Origin: Thermoplasmata archaeon
GTDB lineage: Archaea; Thermoplasmatota; DTKX01; VGTL01
Assembly: GCA_038851035.1 (NCBI GenBank)
Contig: JAWCLH010000005.1
Location: forward strand, 51,251 to 115,250
Direction: 5' to 3'
Length of the DNA: 64,000 bases
Shown: positions 20,249 to 27,964 of the stretch, piece by piece
Position numbering within the stretch: the first letter of the stretch is position 1
How the letters are laid out: each line of letters starts with the position of its first letter
Program-made: the position numbers and the translations under genes
The notes under the pieces: model-generated
Database searches by the model: none
Seen by the model: only the letters and a program-made list of their open reading frames with translations
Told to the model about the DNA's origin: nothing

Positions 20249-21148
20249 ATGTGTTCCACAGGGCCCCAGCAAGGATATGTACCATCTGCCAGCCAGCAGC
20301 ATCCACCGCAGGCATCTCCACAGCAGCCACCCCAGCTATATTCTCCTCAATATCAATACATGGCCCAACCGTCACTCCAACCGGCCCGAACTCCCGAGAA
20401 AAACATCGCCATCATTTTAACAGTGGTCGTGCTTGTTGGGGTGAGCATCGCCCTCGCTCTTGTTATGGTGGTCAACAGGACCCCGAATGTTGCGGGCGGG
20501 GAAGGGGGCACCACATACGGACTCCGGGTGACGCCAAGACCAGACGGCTGGTTGATTGAGATTACGCGGGGTTCTGAAAACGCCGAGGAAGTGAGGTTAC
20601 AGGTATTTGATGGCAAGACAAATGACTTGGTGTATACCTGTCCATTGACATGGATGGGTTCATCCGATGGTGAATTCAACGACAGGAACAATAACAATAG
20701 GCTGGACACGGGAGACACAATCTTTCTTAAAAACAACGGCGAAATATTCGAAGGAATGAGGCTTGAGCTGAGGATGGGGAATCGTGTCCTCGGCACCATC
20801 AAGGAGCTGCCGGAGTATCCTTTCGAGGAGGCTTTAGGAATACGTGCTAAAAAAACTGCTGAGGGAGACTGGATAATAAATGTCACCAATGGGGCTAAAA
20901 AATCTACTGAAGTTACCATCAAAATAATAGATCCAGAAACAGGCACTGTAAGGATGAGCACATTATTGAGCACCATCCCGGTGGCCAACGGGCGATTCAA
21001 CGATAACAACAACAACTTAAAAATTAACGAAGGAGATAGCATACTTCTGTATAGCACGGCTCATGGCGGAATCGCTGAGGCAGGGGATCGGGTTGAGTTT
21101 CTGAAAGGTGAGGAACTCATCTCTCAAATCAAGGAATTGCCGTCATGA
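20249..21148 (+). CDS. Hypothetical membrane protein: Q/P-rich N-terminal tail, one TM helix, extracytoplasmic region made of two tandem ~95-aa homologous domains
   Basis: 299 aa. N-terminus MCSTGPQQGYVPSASQQHPPQASPQQPPQLYSPQYQY, TM IAIILTVVVLVGVSIALALVMVV. Domain A (GWLIEITRGSENAEEV..FNDRNNNNRLDTGDTIFLKNNGEIFEGM..LGTIKELPEYPFEE) and domain B (GDWIINVTNGAKKSTEV..FNDNNNNLKINEGDSILLYS..ISQIKELPS) are clearly paralogous. The gene lies in a low-GC stretch. Confidence 0.55.
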   Translation: MCSTGPQQGYVPSASQQHPPQASPQQPPQLYSPQYQYMAQPSLQPARTPEKNIAIILTVVVLVGVSIALALVMVVNRTPNVAGGEGGTTYGLRVTPRPDGWLIEITRGSENAEEVRLQVFDGKTNDLVYTCPLTWMGSSDGEFNDRNNNNRLDTGDTIFLKNNGEIFEGMRLELRMGNRVLGTIKELPEYPFEEALGIRAKKTAEGDWIINVTNGAKKSTEVTIKIIDPETGTVRMSTLLSTIPVANGRFNDNNNNLKINEGDSILLYSTAHGGIAEAGDRVEFLKGEELISQIKELPS

Positions 21149-21240
21149 GAAAAGACCTGCGACGCATGAGAGTGATTATGGCGGAAAGCGAGGAGCGATA
21201 GAACACATCCACCGGTCTGGAGGTCGCGGGGGAGGCAGCG

Positions 21241-21369
21241 ATGGGTGCGAAAACCGGTGCAGTTCTTGTCGTGGATGGCGGCCTCGCCGGTGTCCAGGCC
21301 TCGCGGGTTCTGGCGGAGCTCGGATTCAGGGTCCGCGTCCTCAGGCGCCCCCGCCACATTAGAAGCTAG
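21241..21369 (+). pseudogene. Possible remnant: N-terminal 42 codons of an FAD/NAD(P)-binding oxidoreductase (Rossmann GxGxxG), stops prematurely
   Basis: MGAKTGAVLVVDGGLAGVQASRVLAELGFRVRVLRRPRHIRS* contains a dinucleotide-binding beta-alpha-beta signature, but the reading frame ends after 42 aa. Sits in the ~570-bp gap upstream of the hydrogenase operon. Confidence 0.25.
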
Positions 21370-21722
21370 CTTTGCACCGGCTAGCGCCTCTGCGCCCAGA
21401 AGTGCCCCAGCAAGGTGTCCCGAACGAGTTCTACATGGGCCTTTCGAGAAGGAAGGCGGTCCATGCGCTCTTCCCGGAGGCCATTCCGTTGAATGATGCG
21501 ATGAATAGGCGCTGCTCTAACTCCTTAAACACAGGCGAGTGCAGTCTGTGCGGGACAGGCCGTACGCCATTAGGCACAAAGAAACAAAGAAATGCTGCCA
21601 TCTTTGTACCAAAGAACAAAGTTCATATCTATCAGGAATATTCTCCACCGGGGGGTAGAGAATCACAGAGATACACTACCGTCAGGTTGGCTCCACGCCG
21701 GCAGGGCGGGAAACGGACGGTG

Positions 21723-22706
21723 ATGAGGATGATTGGAAAAAAAATTAAAAAGGGCGACGTCGGCAGGTTCCTATCCAGTTTGGCAGGGGAGTACACTGTC
21801 ATCGGCCCGGTCAAACACGGGTCCGTATTCATGTTTGCGGAAATCGACGATGAGCACCCGCCGGTTCTCGACTACCCGAGAACTGTGCTGCCGGTGAAGA
21901 AGTACCTGCACCCGCCCCGGGAGACGATGTTCGAGTTCAGAAAGGGCGAGTTCAGGGAAATGCTGCCCGAGTCGAGACTGGCTTTCTTCGGTCTCCATAT
22001 CTGCGATATAAATGCCATCGTCCGGCTGGACATGGCCATGGCCAGCGACCCCTACTACTCTGCCCGCCGAGGCGGCATGCTGATAATGGGTGTTGAATGC
22101 AAGCCGAGCGAGGAGTGTTTTTGCAAATCAATGAACGCGGACAGGCTTCCCCACGGGGTTTGCGACCTCTTCTTCAGGGAAGAGGGCGACGGCTACATCG
22201 TATATGCCGGTACGGAGAAAGGTCGGAAGCTCCTCGGCTCCCCTCTGTTTCACGCTACGGACCTAGCTGTCACCGGGATTTCGGCGGAGTGTGAGGAGAA
22301 GAAACCGCTGGACTACGAGAAGGTCTGGCGCAGCTTCGCCAGAAACCACACCAACCCACTGTGGGACGAGATGGCCAGGCTCTGTCTCGGTTGCACCAAC
22401 TGCACCACGGTATGCCCTCTCTGCTACTGCTACGATGTAGCCGATACCTCTGAAGTGGTTCCTGAGAACTCGCGACGCGAGCGTTTCTGGGACTCCTGCA
22501 CCCTTCTGAACTTCGCCACCGTTGCGGGGGGCCACAAGTTTCGGCCGAATATAAAGGACCGCTTCCGCAACATCTACACACACAAGTTCAAGAGCTTTGT
22601 GGACGAGTTCGGTCTCCCTGCCTGCGTCGGCTGCGGCCGCTGCATCGTCTACTGTCCGGCAGGCATCAATATGCGCGCCAACCTCGAGAAGCTGGAGGTG
22701 GGATGA
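21723..22706 (+). CDS. hydB: Group 3b [NiFe] (sulf)hydrogenase beta subunit (HydB-like, 2x[4Fe-4S])
   Basis: Start chosen at MRMIGKKIKKGDVGRFL (21723). The track ORF start at 21372 crosses an AT-rich promoter. Two ferredoxin-like cysteine clusters (CLGCTNCTTVCPLCYC and CVGCGRCIVYCPAGI). N-terminal region resembles Pyrococcus HydB/ShyB. Stop overlaps the next gene start (ATGA). Confidence 0.75.
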   Translation: MRMIGKKIKKGDVGRFLSSLAGEYTVIGPVKHGSVFMFAEIDDEHPPVLDYPRTVLPVKKYLHPPRETMFEFRKGEFREMLPESRLAFFGLHICDINAIVRLDMAMASDPYYSARRGGMLIMGVECKPSEECFCKSMNADRLPHGVCDLFFREEGDGYIVYAGTEKGRKLLGSPLFHATDLAVTGISAECEEKKPLDYEKVWRSFARNHTNPLWDEMARLCLGCTNCTTVCPLCYCYDVADTSEVVPENSRRERFWDSCTLLNFATVAGGHKFRPNIKDRFRNIYTHKFKSFVDEFGLPACVGCGRCIVYCPAGINMRANLEKLEVG

Positions 22707-23528
22707 ATGAATATCTACCAGCCCCAGAAGAGGACGATAATGAAGGTCACCGAGCTCAATTACGACACCAAGGTGTTCCGCATCAAGGTCAGCCGTGGCT
22801 TCACCCACCAACCCGGCCAGTTTGTGGAGCTCTCTGTGCCCGGCATCGGCGAGGCGCCGATATCAATCTGCTCAAGTCCCGAGGAGAAGGGCTACATTGA
22901 CCTATGCATACGCAGGGTGGGCTCCGTGACAAACGCGGTCCACAAGATGACGGCCGGCGACGCGATTTACATCAGGGGTCCCTATGGAGTGGGTTTCCCG
23001 CTGGATTCCATCAAGGGAAAGGACATCGTCTATTTGCTCGGCGGTCTGGGCCTGCCCCCCGTGCGTGGTCACATAAACTATGTCCTAGCCCATAAAGAGG
23101 ACTTCGGGAGGGTGACCATCCTCTACGGCGCGAGAACTCCTGCCGATCTTCTTTTCAAACACGAGTTCGACGATTGGAAAAAAAGGGCAAACTTCCTTGT
23201 CACGGTGGACGCAGCCAAGAATCCCGACGGGACCCCCTGCCACTGGGACGGCTGCGTCGGGTTCGGCGTGGCCCTCATCGACAAGCTCACCTACCCGATA
23301 AAGGACGCAGTGGGCATCATCGTCGGTCCGCCGGTGATGTACAAGTTCGCAATCAAGCGATTCAAAGAGGCGGGTATGGAGGACAGGCAGATATATGTGT
23401 CACTGGAGAGATTGATGAAGTGCGGCGTCGGCAAGTGCCAGCACTGCCAGATCAACCACAAGTACTGTTGCCTGGACGGCCCCGTGTTCAACTATGCGGA
23501 AGTAAAGGAACTCCCGGAGGCGATCTGA
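22707..23528 (+). CDS. hydG: Hydrogenase gamma subunit (FNR-like FAD/NAD(P)-binding, C-terminal [2Fe-2S])
   Basis: 273 aa. Flavin-binding RxYS-like region. GGxG NAD(P) motif (VYLLGGLGLPPV). C-terminal CGVGKCQHCQ..C iron-sulfur motif. This is the expected third gene of a sulfhydrogenase operon. Confidence 0.75.
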   Translation: MNIYQPQKRTIMKVTELNYDTKVFRIKVSRGFTHQPGQFVELSVPGIGEAPISICSSPEEKGYIDLCIRRVGSVTNAVHKMTAGDAIYIRGPYGVGFPLDSIKGKDIVYLLGGLGLPPVRGHINYVLAHKEDFGRVTILYGARTPADLLFKHEFDDWKKRANFLVTVDAAKNPDGTPCHWDGCVGFGVALIDKLTYPIKDAVGIIVGPPVMYKFAIKRFKEAGMEDRQIYVSLERLMKCGVGKCQHCQINHKYCCLDGPVFNYAEVKELPEAI

Positions 23529-24286
23529 TGGCGAAGCCGGTGGTCGGTATCTTTGACCTCACTGACTGCGAGGGTTGCGAGGTCGAGCTGCTTAACTCTC
23601 CGCATCTGCTCGAGATACTGACTAACGTCGACATAAAGCACTTCCGCGTTGGTCAGGGCCGGAACGAATGGACGAACTTCGACATTGCGTTCATCGAAGG
23701 GACGGCAATGACGAGCGAGGAGGTCCAGTTCGTCAAAGAGATTCGGGAGCGGAGCAAGATAGTCGTCGCAATGGGGACGTGCGCCTGCTTCGGAGGCATA
23801 GCGGCCCTCAACAACTACCGCGACTTGGTCTCCGCCAAGAAGCGCATCTATGGTGATAAGGCGGACCTCTTTGAAATGGTCCACGTGAAGTCCCTCTCCG
23901 ACTATATCAGGGTCGACTTCCAGATTCGCGGTTGCCCCATCGTTAGAGAGGACATCGAGAAACTGGTCAGCGATGTCCTTGCCGGTCGCCCACTCAGGGA
24001 GCACGTCCGTCCCGTCTGCATGGACTGCAAGGAAAGGGACAACCCATGCCTGCTCCTCCAGAAGGTCGCCTGCGCCGGCCCCGTGACGTACGGCGGTTGC
24101 GGGGCGCCCTGCCCCACCGCCGGCATGCCGTGCGACGGGTGCCGCGGTGCTCTGGAGAAGCCTGAGATGTCCAATGAGCTCGAGCTCCTGAGGAAGCTGG
24201 CCTCCCCCGAGGACATCGTGCGCCTTTTCAGGAAGTATGCGGTCAACTCCAGTTTCTTCGTAGACGTCGGGGGTGATAATAAATGA
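23528..24286 (+). CDS. hydD: [NiFe] hydrogenase small (delta) subunit
   Basis: Start MAKPVVGIFDLTDCEGCEVELLN at 23528, where TGATG overlaps the hydG stop. Proximal [4Fe-4S] cluster cysteines (CEGCE, GTCACFGG). The upstream part of track ORF 23174..24286 is rejected. Confidence 0.8.
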   Translation: MAKPVVGIFDLTDCEGCEVELLNSPHLLEILTNVDIKHFRVGQGRNEWTNFDIAFIEGTAMTSEEVQFVKEIRERSKIVVAMGTCACFGGIAALNNYRDLVSAKKRIYGDKADLFEMVHVKSLSDYIRVDFQIRGCPIVREDIEKLVSDVLAGRPLREHVRPVCMDCKERDNPCLLLQKVACAGPVTYGGCGAPCPTAGMPCDGCRGALEKPEMSNELELLRKLASPEDIVRLFRKYAVNSSFFVDVGGDNK

Positions 24287-25530
24287 GCGCCGGCTACAAC
24301 TACATCTCCCAGATCGAGGGGCATGCCCGGATCACTTTCGAGATAGAGAAGGGCCGCGCCCGGGTCCAGATGGAGGTCCACGAAGGCTGCCGCCTCTTCG
24401 AGGAGTTCCTACGCGGACGGAGGGCCGACGAGGTCGCCCAGATGTCCTCCAGAATTTGCGGGGTGTGCCCGGTGGTCCACAACTACGCCGCCATAATGGC
24501 CATCGAGAAAGCCATGGGGATACAGCCATCTGCACAGACAGAGAAACTGCGCCGGCTAGGCATCGTGGGGCAGATGCTGCAGAGCCACGCCCTGCACCTG
24601 TACTTTCTGGCCCTCCCCGAATACCTCGGGGCCGGAACGCTCGTCGAGCTCTACGGGAAGGCGCCGGAGGCCGTCAAGCGCGCCCTCAGGGTCAGGGCGG
24701 TGGGAAACGACATCGTTCAGGTGGTCTCAGGCCGAGCCGTCCACCCCGTCAACTCCGTACCCGGCGGCTTTATGCGACTCCCATCCCGGACAAAGATGGC
24801 CATGGTGAAAAAGGAGCTCAAGGGGGTCCTAGAAGACTGTGTGGAGACCTACAGGTTCGCCGCCTCCCTCGCCTATCCAGAACTGCACCGCAAAACTGAG
24901 TACTCGGCGCTCGACGACGGCCAGAACTACCCGGCCTACGGCGGCAGGATAGTGTCGGACGCCGGTGTTAACGCGCCGCTAACCGATTATAAGAAGTACC
25001 TCAACGAGGCGGTCAGGACCTACTCCACCGCCAAGTTCAGCCACCGCAACGGCCACGGCTTCTTCGTCGGGGCCATATCCAGGGTGAATCTTTTCCACCA
25101 CAGGCTGCTCGATAGGGCCAGGGAGCTGGCCGGCGACGTTGTTAAGTTCCCGAGCGTCAACCCGTTTCACAATCTCGTCGCGCAGGGTATCGAGCTTGTG
25201 CACTACACCGAGGAAGGCATCGAGCTGGCTGGAGAGCTCGCCCAGGAGCTCAAGGACGAGACCGTCCCGAGGGTCGTCAGGCCCGGCTGGGGCGTGGGGG
25301 CAACGGAGGCACCGAGGGGAACTCTATTCCATGCCTATCGCGTGGACGAGAAGGGCATCGTCACCGAGGCGGACATAGTCACACCGACGGCCCAGAACCT
25401 TACCAACATCGAAGAGGACCTGACGGCGCTGCTCAACGCCAATATAACAAAACCACGAGCGGAGCTGGTGAAGCTGACCGAGAGCCTTCTGAGGGCCTAT
25501 GACCCCTGCTTTTCCTGCTCGACGCACTGA
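24283..25530 (+). CDS. hydA: [NiFe] hydrogenase large (alpha) subunit, group 3
   Basis: 415 aa. N-terminal RICGVCPVVH (RxCGxC) and C-terminal DPCFSCSTH (DPCxxCxxH) Ni-Fe ligand motifs. ATGA overlap with hydD. Confidence 0.9.
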   Translation: MSAGYNYISQIEGHARITFEIEKGRARVQMEVHEGCRLFEEFLRGRRADEVAQMSSRICGVCPVVHNYAAIMAIEKAMGIQPSAQTEKLRRLGIVGQMLQSHALHLYFLALPEYLGAGTLVELYGKAPEAVKRALRVRAVGNDIVQVVSGRAVHPVNSVPGGFMRLPSRTKMAMVKKELKGVLEDCVETYRFAASLAYPELHRKTEYSALDDGQNYPAYGGRIVSDAGVNAPLTDYKKYLNEAVRTYSTAKFSHRNGHGFFVGAISRVNLFHHRLLDRARELAGDVVKFPSVNPFHNLVAQGIELVHYTEEGIELAGELAQELKDETVPRVVRPGWGVGATEAPRGTLFHAYRVDEKGIVTEADIVTPTAQNLTNIEEDLTALLNANITKPRAELVKLTESLLRAYDPCFSCSTH

Positions 25531-25570
25531 GAAATCATTCGAAAGTCGACACAGGCTTTTCAGGGGCCCC

Positions 25571-25721
25571 CTCCAGGGGCCCAGAGCCGCTGGAGGGAAT
25601 TGAACCCGAAACTTTGTCCCGTGCAACCTGTGAGGCTCAAAGTTTCATCAAAGCGGATAAATCCCAGGGGCCCCCTCCGGGGGCCCAGAGCCGCTGGAGG
25701 GAATTGAACCCTCGACCTACT
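25571..25721 (+). repeat. 45-bp direct repeat (25571-25617 and 25677-25721, one mismatch). The second copy is the 3' end of the tRNA-Thr gene plus its 3' flank; 59-bp spacer containing a 9-bp inverted repeat.
   Basis: ggggccccctcc(a/g)gggcccagagccgctggagggaattgaaccc occurs twice. Spacer has GAAACTTTG...CAAAGTTTC (25618-25626 and 25648-25656). Confidence 0.85.
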
Positions 25722-25821
25722 CCTGTTCGGCAAAGGACTCCTGGAGGCCTCATCCATACTCAGCCCCCCGGTGGATACCAAGGAGTCGCTCCACCACTGA
25801 GCCACAGCGGCATGGGCGGGC
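25699..25821 (-). tRNA. Intron-containing tRNA, most consistent with tRNA-Thr (GGU) carrying a 51-nt intron at the canonical 37/38 position
   Basis: Reverse strand: acceptor GCCGCTG/CAGCGGC, U73, D-arm GCTC-AGTGGTG-GAGC, T-arm GAGGG-TTCAATT-CCCTC, anticodon stem ACTCC...GGAGT interrupted by 51 nt. Only a 37/38 splice gives a legal loop, UUGGUAA. GCC start and U73 fit archaeal tRNA-Thr. No CCA. Confidence 0.55.
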
Positions 25822-26096
25822 TCCCTCCGGGAGCCGCCATTATGGGGCCTGATATCCGATGGCTTAGTTAAAGCTTATGTTAATATTCCGGAGGTCTAGC
25901 CGGGGGATTCATAGAACCCGCAAGGACCCGCGCTTCGCATGCGACATAGGCAAGCGCATTGTCGCCGTTTTTCCACCGTAGCCTTTTGCTCACCAGTTTG
26001 TGCGGGTAGAAAGGGCCGCCATTGAGCCCCATCGGCATGGGGTCTGGTAGGTACCACGCGCCTTTGATAAGCCGTTCGGGGAGTAGGCTCCCGGAC

Positions 26097-26780
26097 ATGG
26101 CTGACAGACTGCTCACCGCCGCAACGCTCTTCTCGCTCCTCGGCTCGCTCGGGCTGTACGCCTACTCCGTGAGCGTCGCTCCCATCGAGCTTTCCGGCTC
26201 GGTCCCGGCCGAAGCCGCGGGCAGCTATGTTTCAATCAGTGGAATGGTGCGGGAAGTTAGGAGGTCGTGGGAAGGAAGCCTCGACGTGGAGCTGCTGCCC
26301 GGTGGAAAACCGCCCGGGGTTCGGCTTTCCATCGACGCTACTCTATTGGAGGGTGCGAATCTGAAGGGCCGGCTACTGACTGGCGCGAGAATTCGCGCCT
26401 CGGGCGTTCTCGAGCGCTTCGCCGGAAAGATGGAGATGCAGATAAAATCTGCAGCGAGGCTCGAGTTCCTTTCCCCTTCCACGCTGGAGGTTCTGTGGCT
26501 TGAGCGCGGAATTCTTAACGGTTCTGGCGTCGCCCTCGCCGGCGTGGCATATTTTAAAAACCTCCGCGGGCAGAGCCTCAGTTTCAGACTAGTCGAGCGG
26601 TCCAATCCATCGCTTGAGCTGAACTGCTCCTCGAACTCTTACAGACCGTCGGAGGAGAAGAGGCCATGGGAGAATGGTACTCTTGTTCGAGTCATGGGCC
26701 TGCTCAGATATGCCGGAGATCCGCCAGCGCCCCGACTCTACCTTTCGGGCGGAGCCGCGGGGGTTGAGCCGCTGGAGTGA
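26097..26780 (+). CDS. Hypothetical membrane-anchored or secreted protein, probably two OB-fold-like beta domains
   Basis: Start at MADRLLTAATLFSLLGSLGLYAYSV (signal/anchor). Rest is beta-rich with repeated G(S/K)xVxVxG segments. No catalytic motif recognised. Confidence 0.45.
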   Translation: MADRLLTAATLFSLLGSLGLYAYSVSVAPIELSGSVPAEAAGSYVSISGMVREVRRSWEGSLDVELLPGGKPPGVRLSIDATLLEGANLKGRLLTGARIRASGVLERFAGKMEMQIKSAARLEFLSPSTLEVLWLERGILNGSGVALAGVAYFKNLRGQSLSFRLVERSNPSLELNCSSNSYRPSEEKRPWENGTLVRVMGLLRYAGDPPAPRLYLSGGAAGVEPLE

Positions 26781-27964
26781 CTCGAGTTGCTCTCCCTGAC
26801 GCCGAGGGCGATGAAGAACGAGGCGGTCACGAGAGCGGCAGCGATCCCGAACGTAGGCCGGTAGCCCAGCACCTCCGCAGCCAAGCCCCCGAGGAGGGAG
26901 CCAGCCACGTTCCCGGAGTTGATCGCCGCATTCAGAATTCCTATGCCCCTCCCCCTCTCTTCCTCGCTGGTCAGGTCAGATGCGATCGCGGTTGAGCTGG
27001 TGACGAAGAAGGACCAGTAGGGAAGCATCCAGAGCAGGCCGACGACGTAGATGTTCGTGGTCAGGGCATAGAGGGTCCAGCTCGCCGCATAGCACACGAT
27101 GGCCCCCAGGAAGATTCCCCGCCTTCCGCGCAGGTCGGCCAGCTCTCCGGCGAATCGGACCACCAGAACACCGGTGAGGCCCGAGCCCGCGACGAGCAGA
27201 CCGATCTGAAACTCGCTCAGGCCGAAGTCGGGTGTGCGCAGGTACTGGGCGAAGACCGAGTAGACCATGTAGTTACCTATCAATAAAACGAGCGTCGCCG
27301 CGCAGAGGAGGCCTATCTGCTTCTTATTTCTGAAGGTCACCATCCCGCTGAGCATGGGCCTGAGCCCGGCGGCCCTCCTCTCCTCCCTGAGCGGCACGAG
27401 CACCAGAGCTGAAGCCAGCCCCACGACGCCGCAGAGCGCCCAGAGCTCTGTCGTGTGCTCCCTGTAAAGAAAGGCTGCCGCCGCCGCTCCTACCATCCAG
27501 CCGAGCGAGAGCGGGACGTTTATGTCCCCTATCACCCTCCCCTTCTCCGCAGGAAAGCGCTCCGTGACGACTGCCAGAAGCAATATTATCGAGCCCATCA
27601 GGCAGACCTGGACGAATCTGACGGCGAGGAGCTGCTCGATCGTCGTCAGCCAGGGGTAGACGAAGAAGAGCAGGCTCCCCAGAACGCCGGTGGCGACCAC
27701 GATGTCCCTTCTCTTTCCGAGCCAGTCGGATAGGAGTCCCCAGACGTATGCCATCACCATCATTCCGATGTAGGGGAGTGCGCCCACGAGGCCGACGTAA
27801 ATGAGGGAGTGGCCCTTCTCGTAAGCGAGGAACTGGAGGGAAGCGTACAGCATCGCGGTGACCGCCGTGTTGAGACCTGAGGCAGCGAGCATCACCCTGT
27901 AGTCCCTGTCCATCGGTGGGTGGAGCTTGGGGCTTCCAGATAAATCTATTGGGGGGTCTGGCAC
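26738..27964 (-). CDS. MFS transporter
   Basis: 408 aa, about 12 predicted TM helices. Conserved MFS loop motif between TM2 and TM3 (GLLSDWLGKRRDIVVA, a GxLaDrxGrkxxl-type pattern). Confidence 0.75.
   Translation of the reverse strand: MPDPPIDLSGSPKLHPPMDRDYRVMLAASGLNTAVTAMLYASLQFLAYEKGHSLIYVGLVGALPYIGMMVMAYVWGLLSDWLGKRRDIVVATGVLGSLLFFVYPWLTTIEQLLAVRFVQVCLMGSIILLLAVVTERFPAEKGRVIGDINVPLSLGWMVGAAAAAFLYREHTTELWALCGVVGLASALVLVPLREERRAAGLRPMLSGMVTFRNKKQIGLLCAATLVLLIGNYMVYSVFAQYLRTPDFGLSEFQIGLLVAGSGLTGVLVVRFAGELADLRGRRGIFLGAIVCYAASWTLYALTTNIYVVGLLWMLPYWSFFVTSSTAIASDLTSEEERGRGIGILNAAINSGNVAGSLLGGLAAEVLGYRPTFGIAAALVTASFFIALGVRESNSSHSSGSTPAAPPER

Noticed and set aside
21372-21722. Upstream extension of the hydB ORF (track start 21372)
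   Set aside because: Crosses a clearly AT-rich promoter-like stretch. HydB-like similarity begins at MRMIGKK (21723).
23174-23527. Upstream extension of the hydD ORF
   Set aside because: Lies entirely inside hydG in another frame. The real start is the ATG at 23528 overlapping the hydG stop (TGATG).
25560-25805. 81-aa ORF on the minus strand
   Set aside because: Coincides with the intron-containing tRNA gene and its repeat; not coding.
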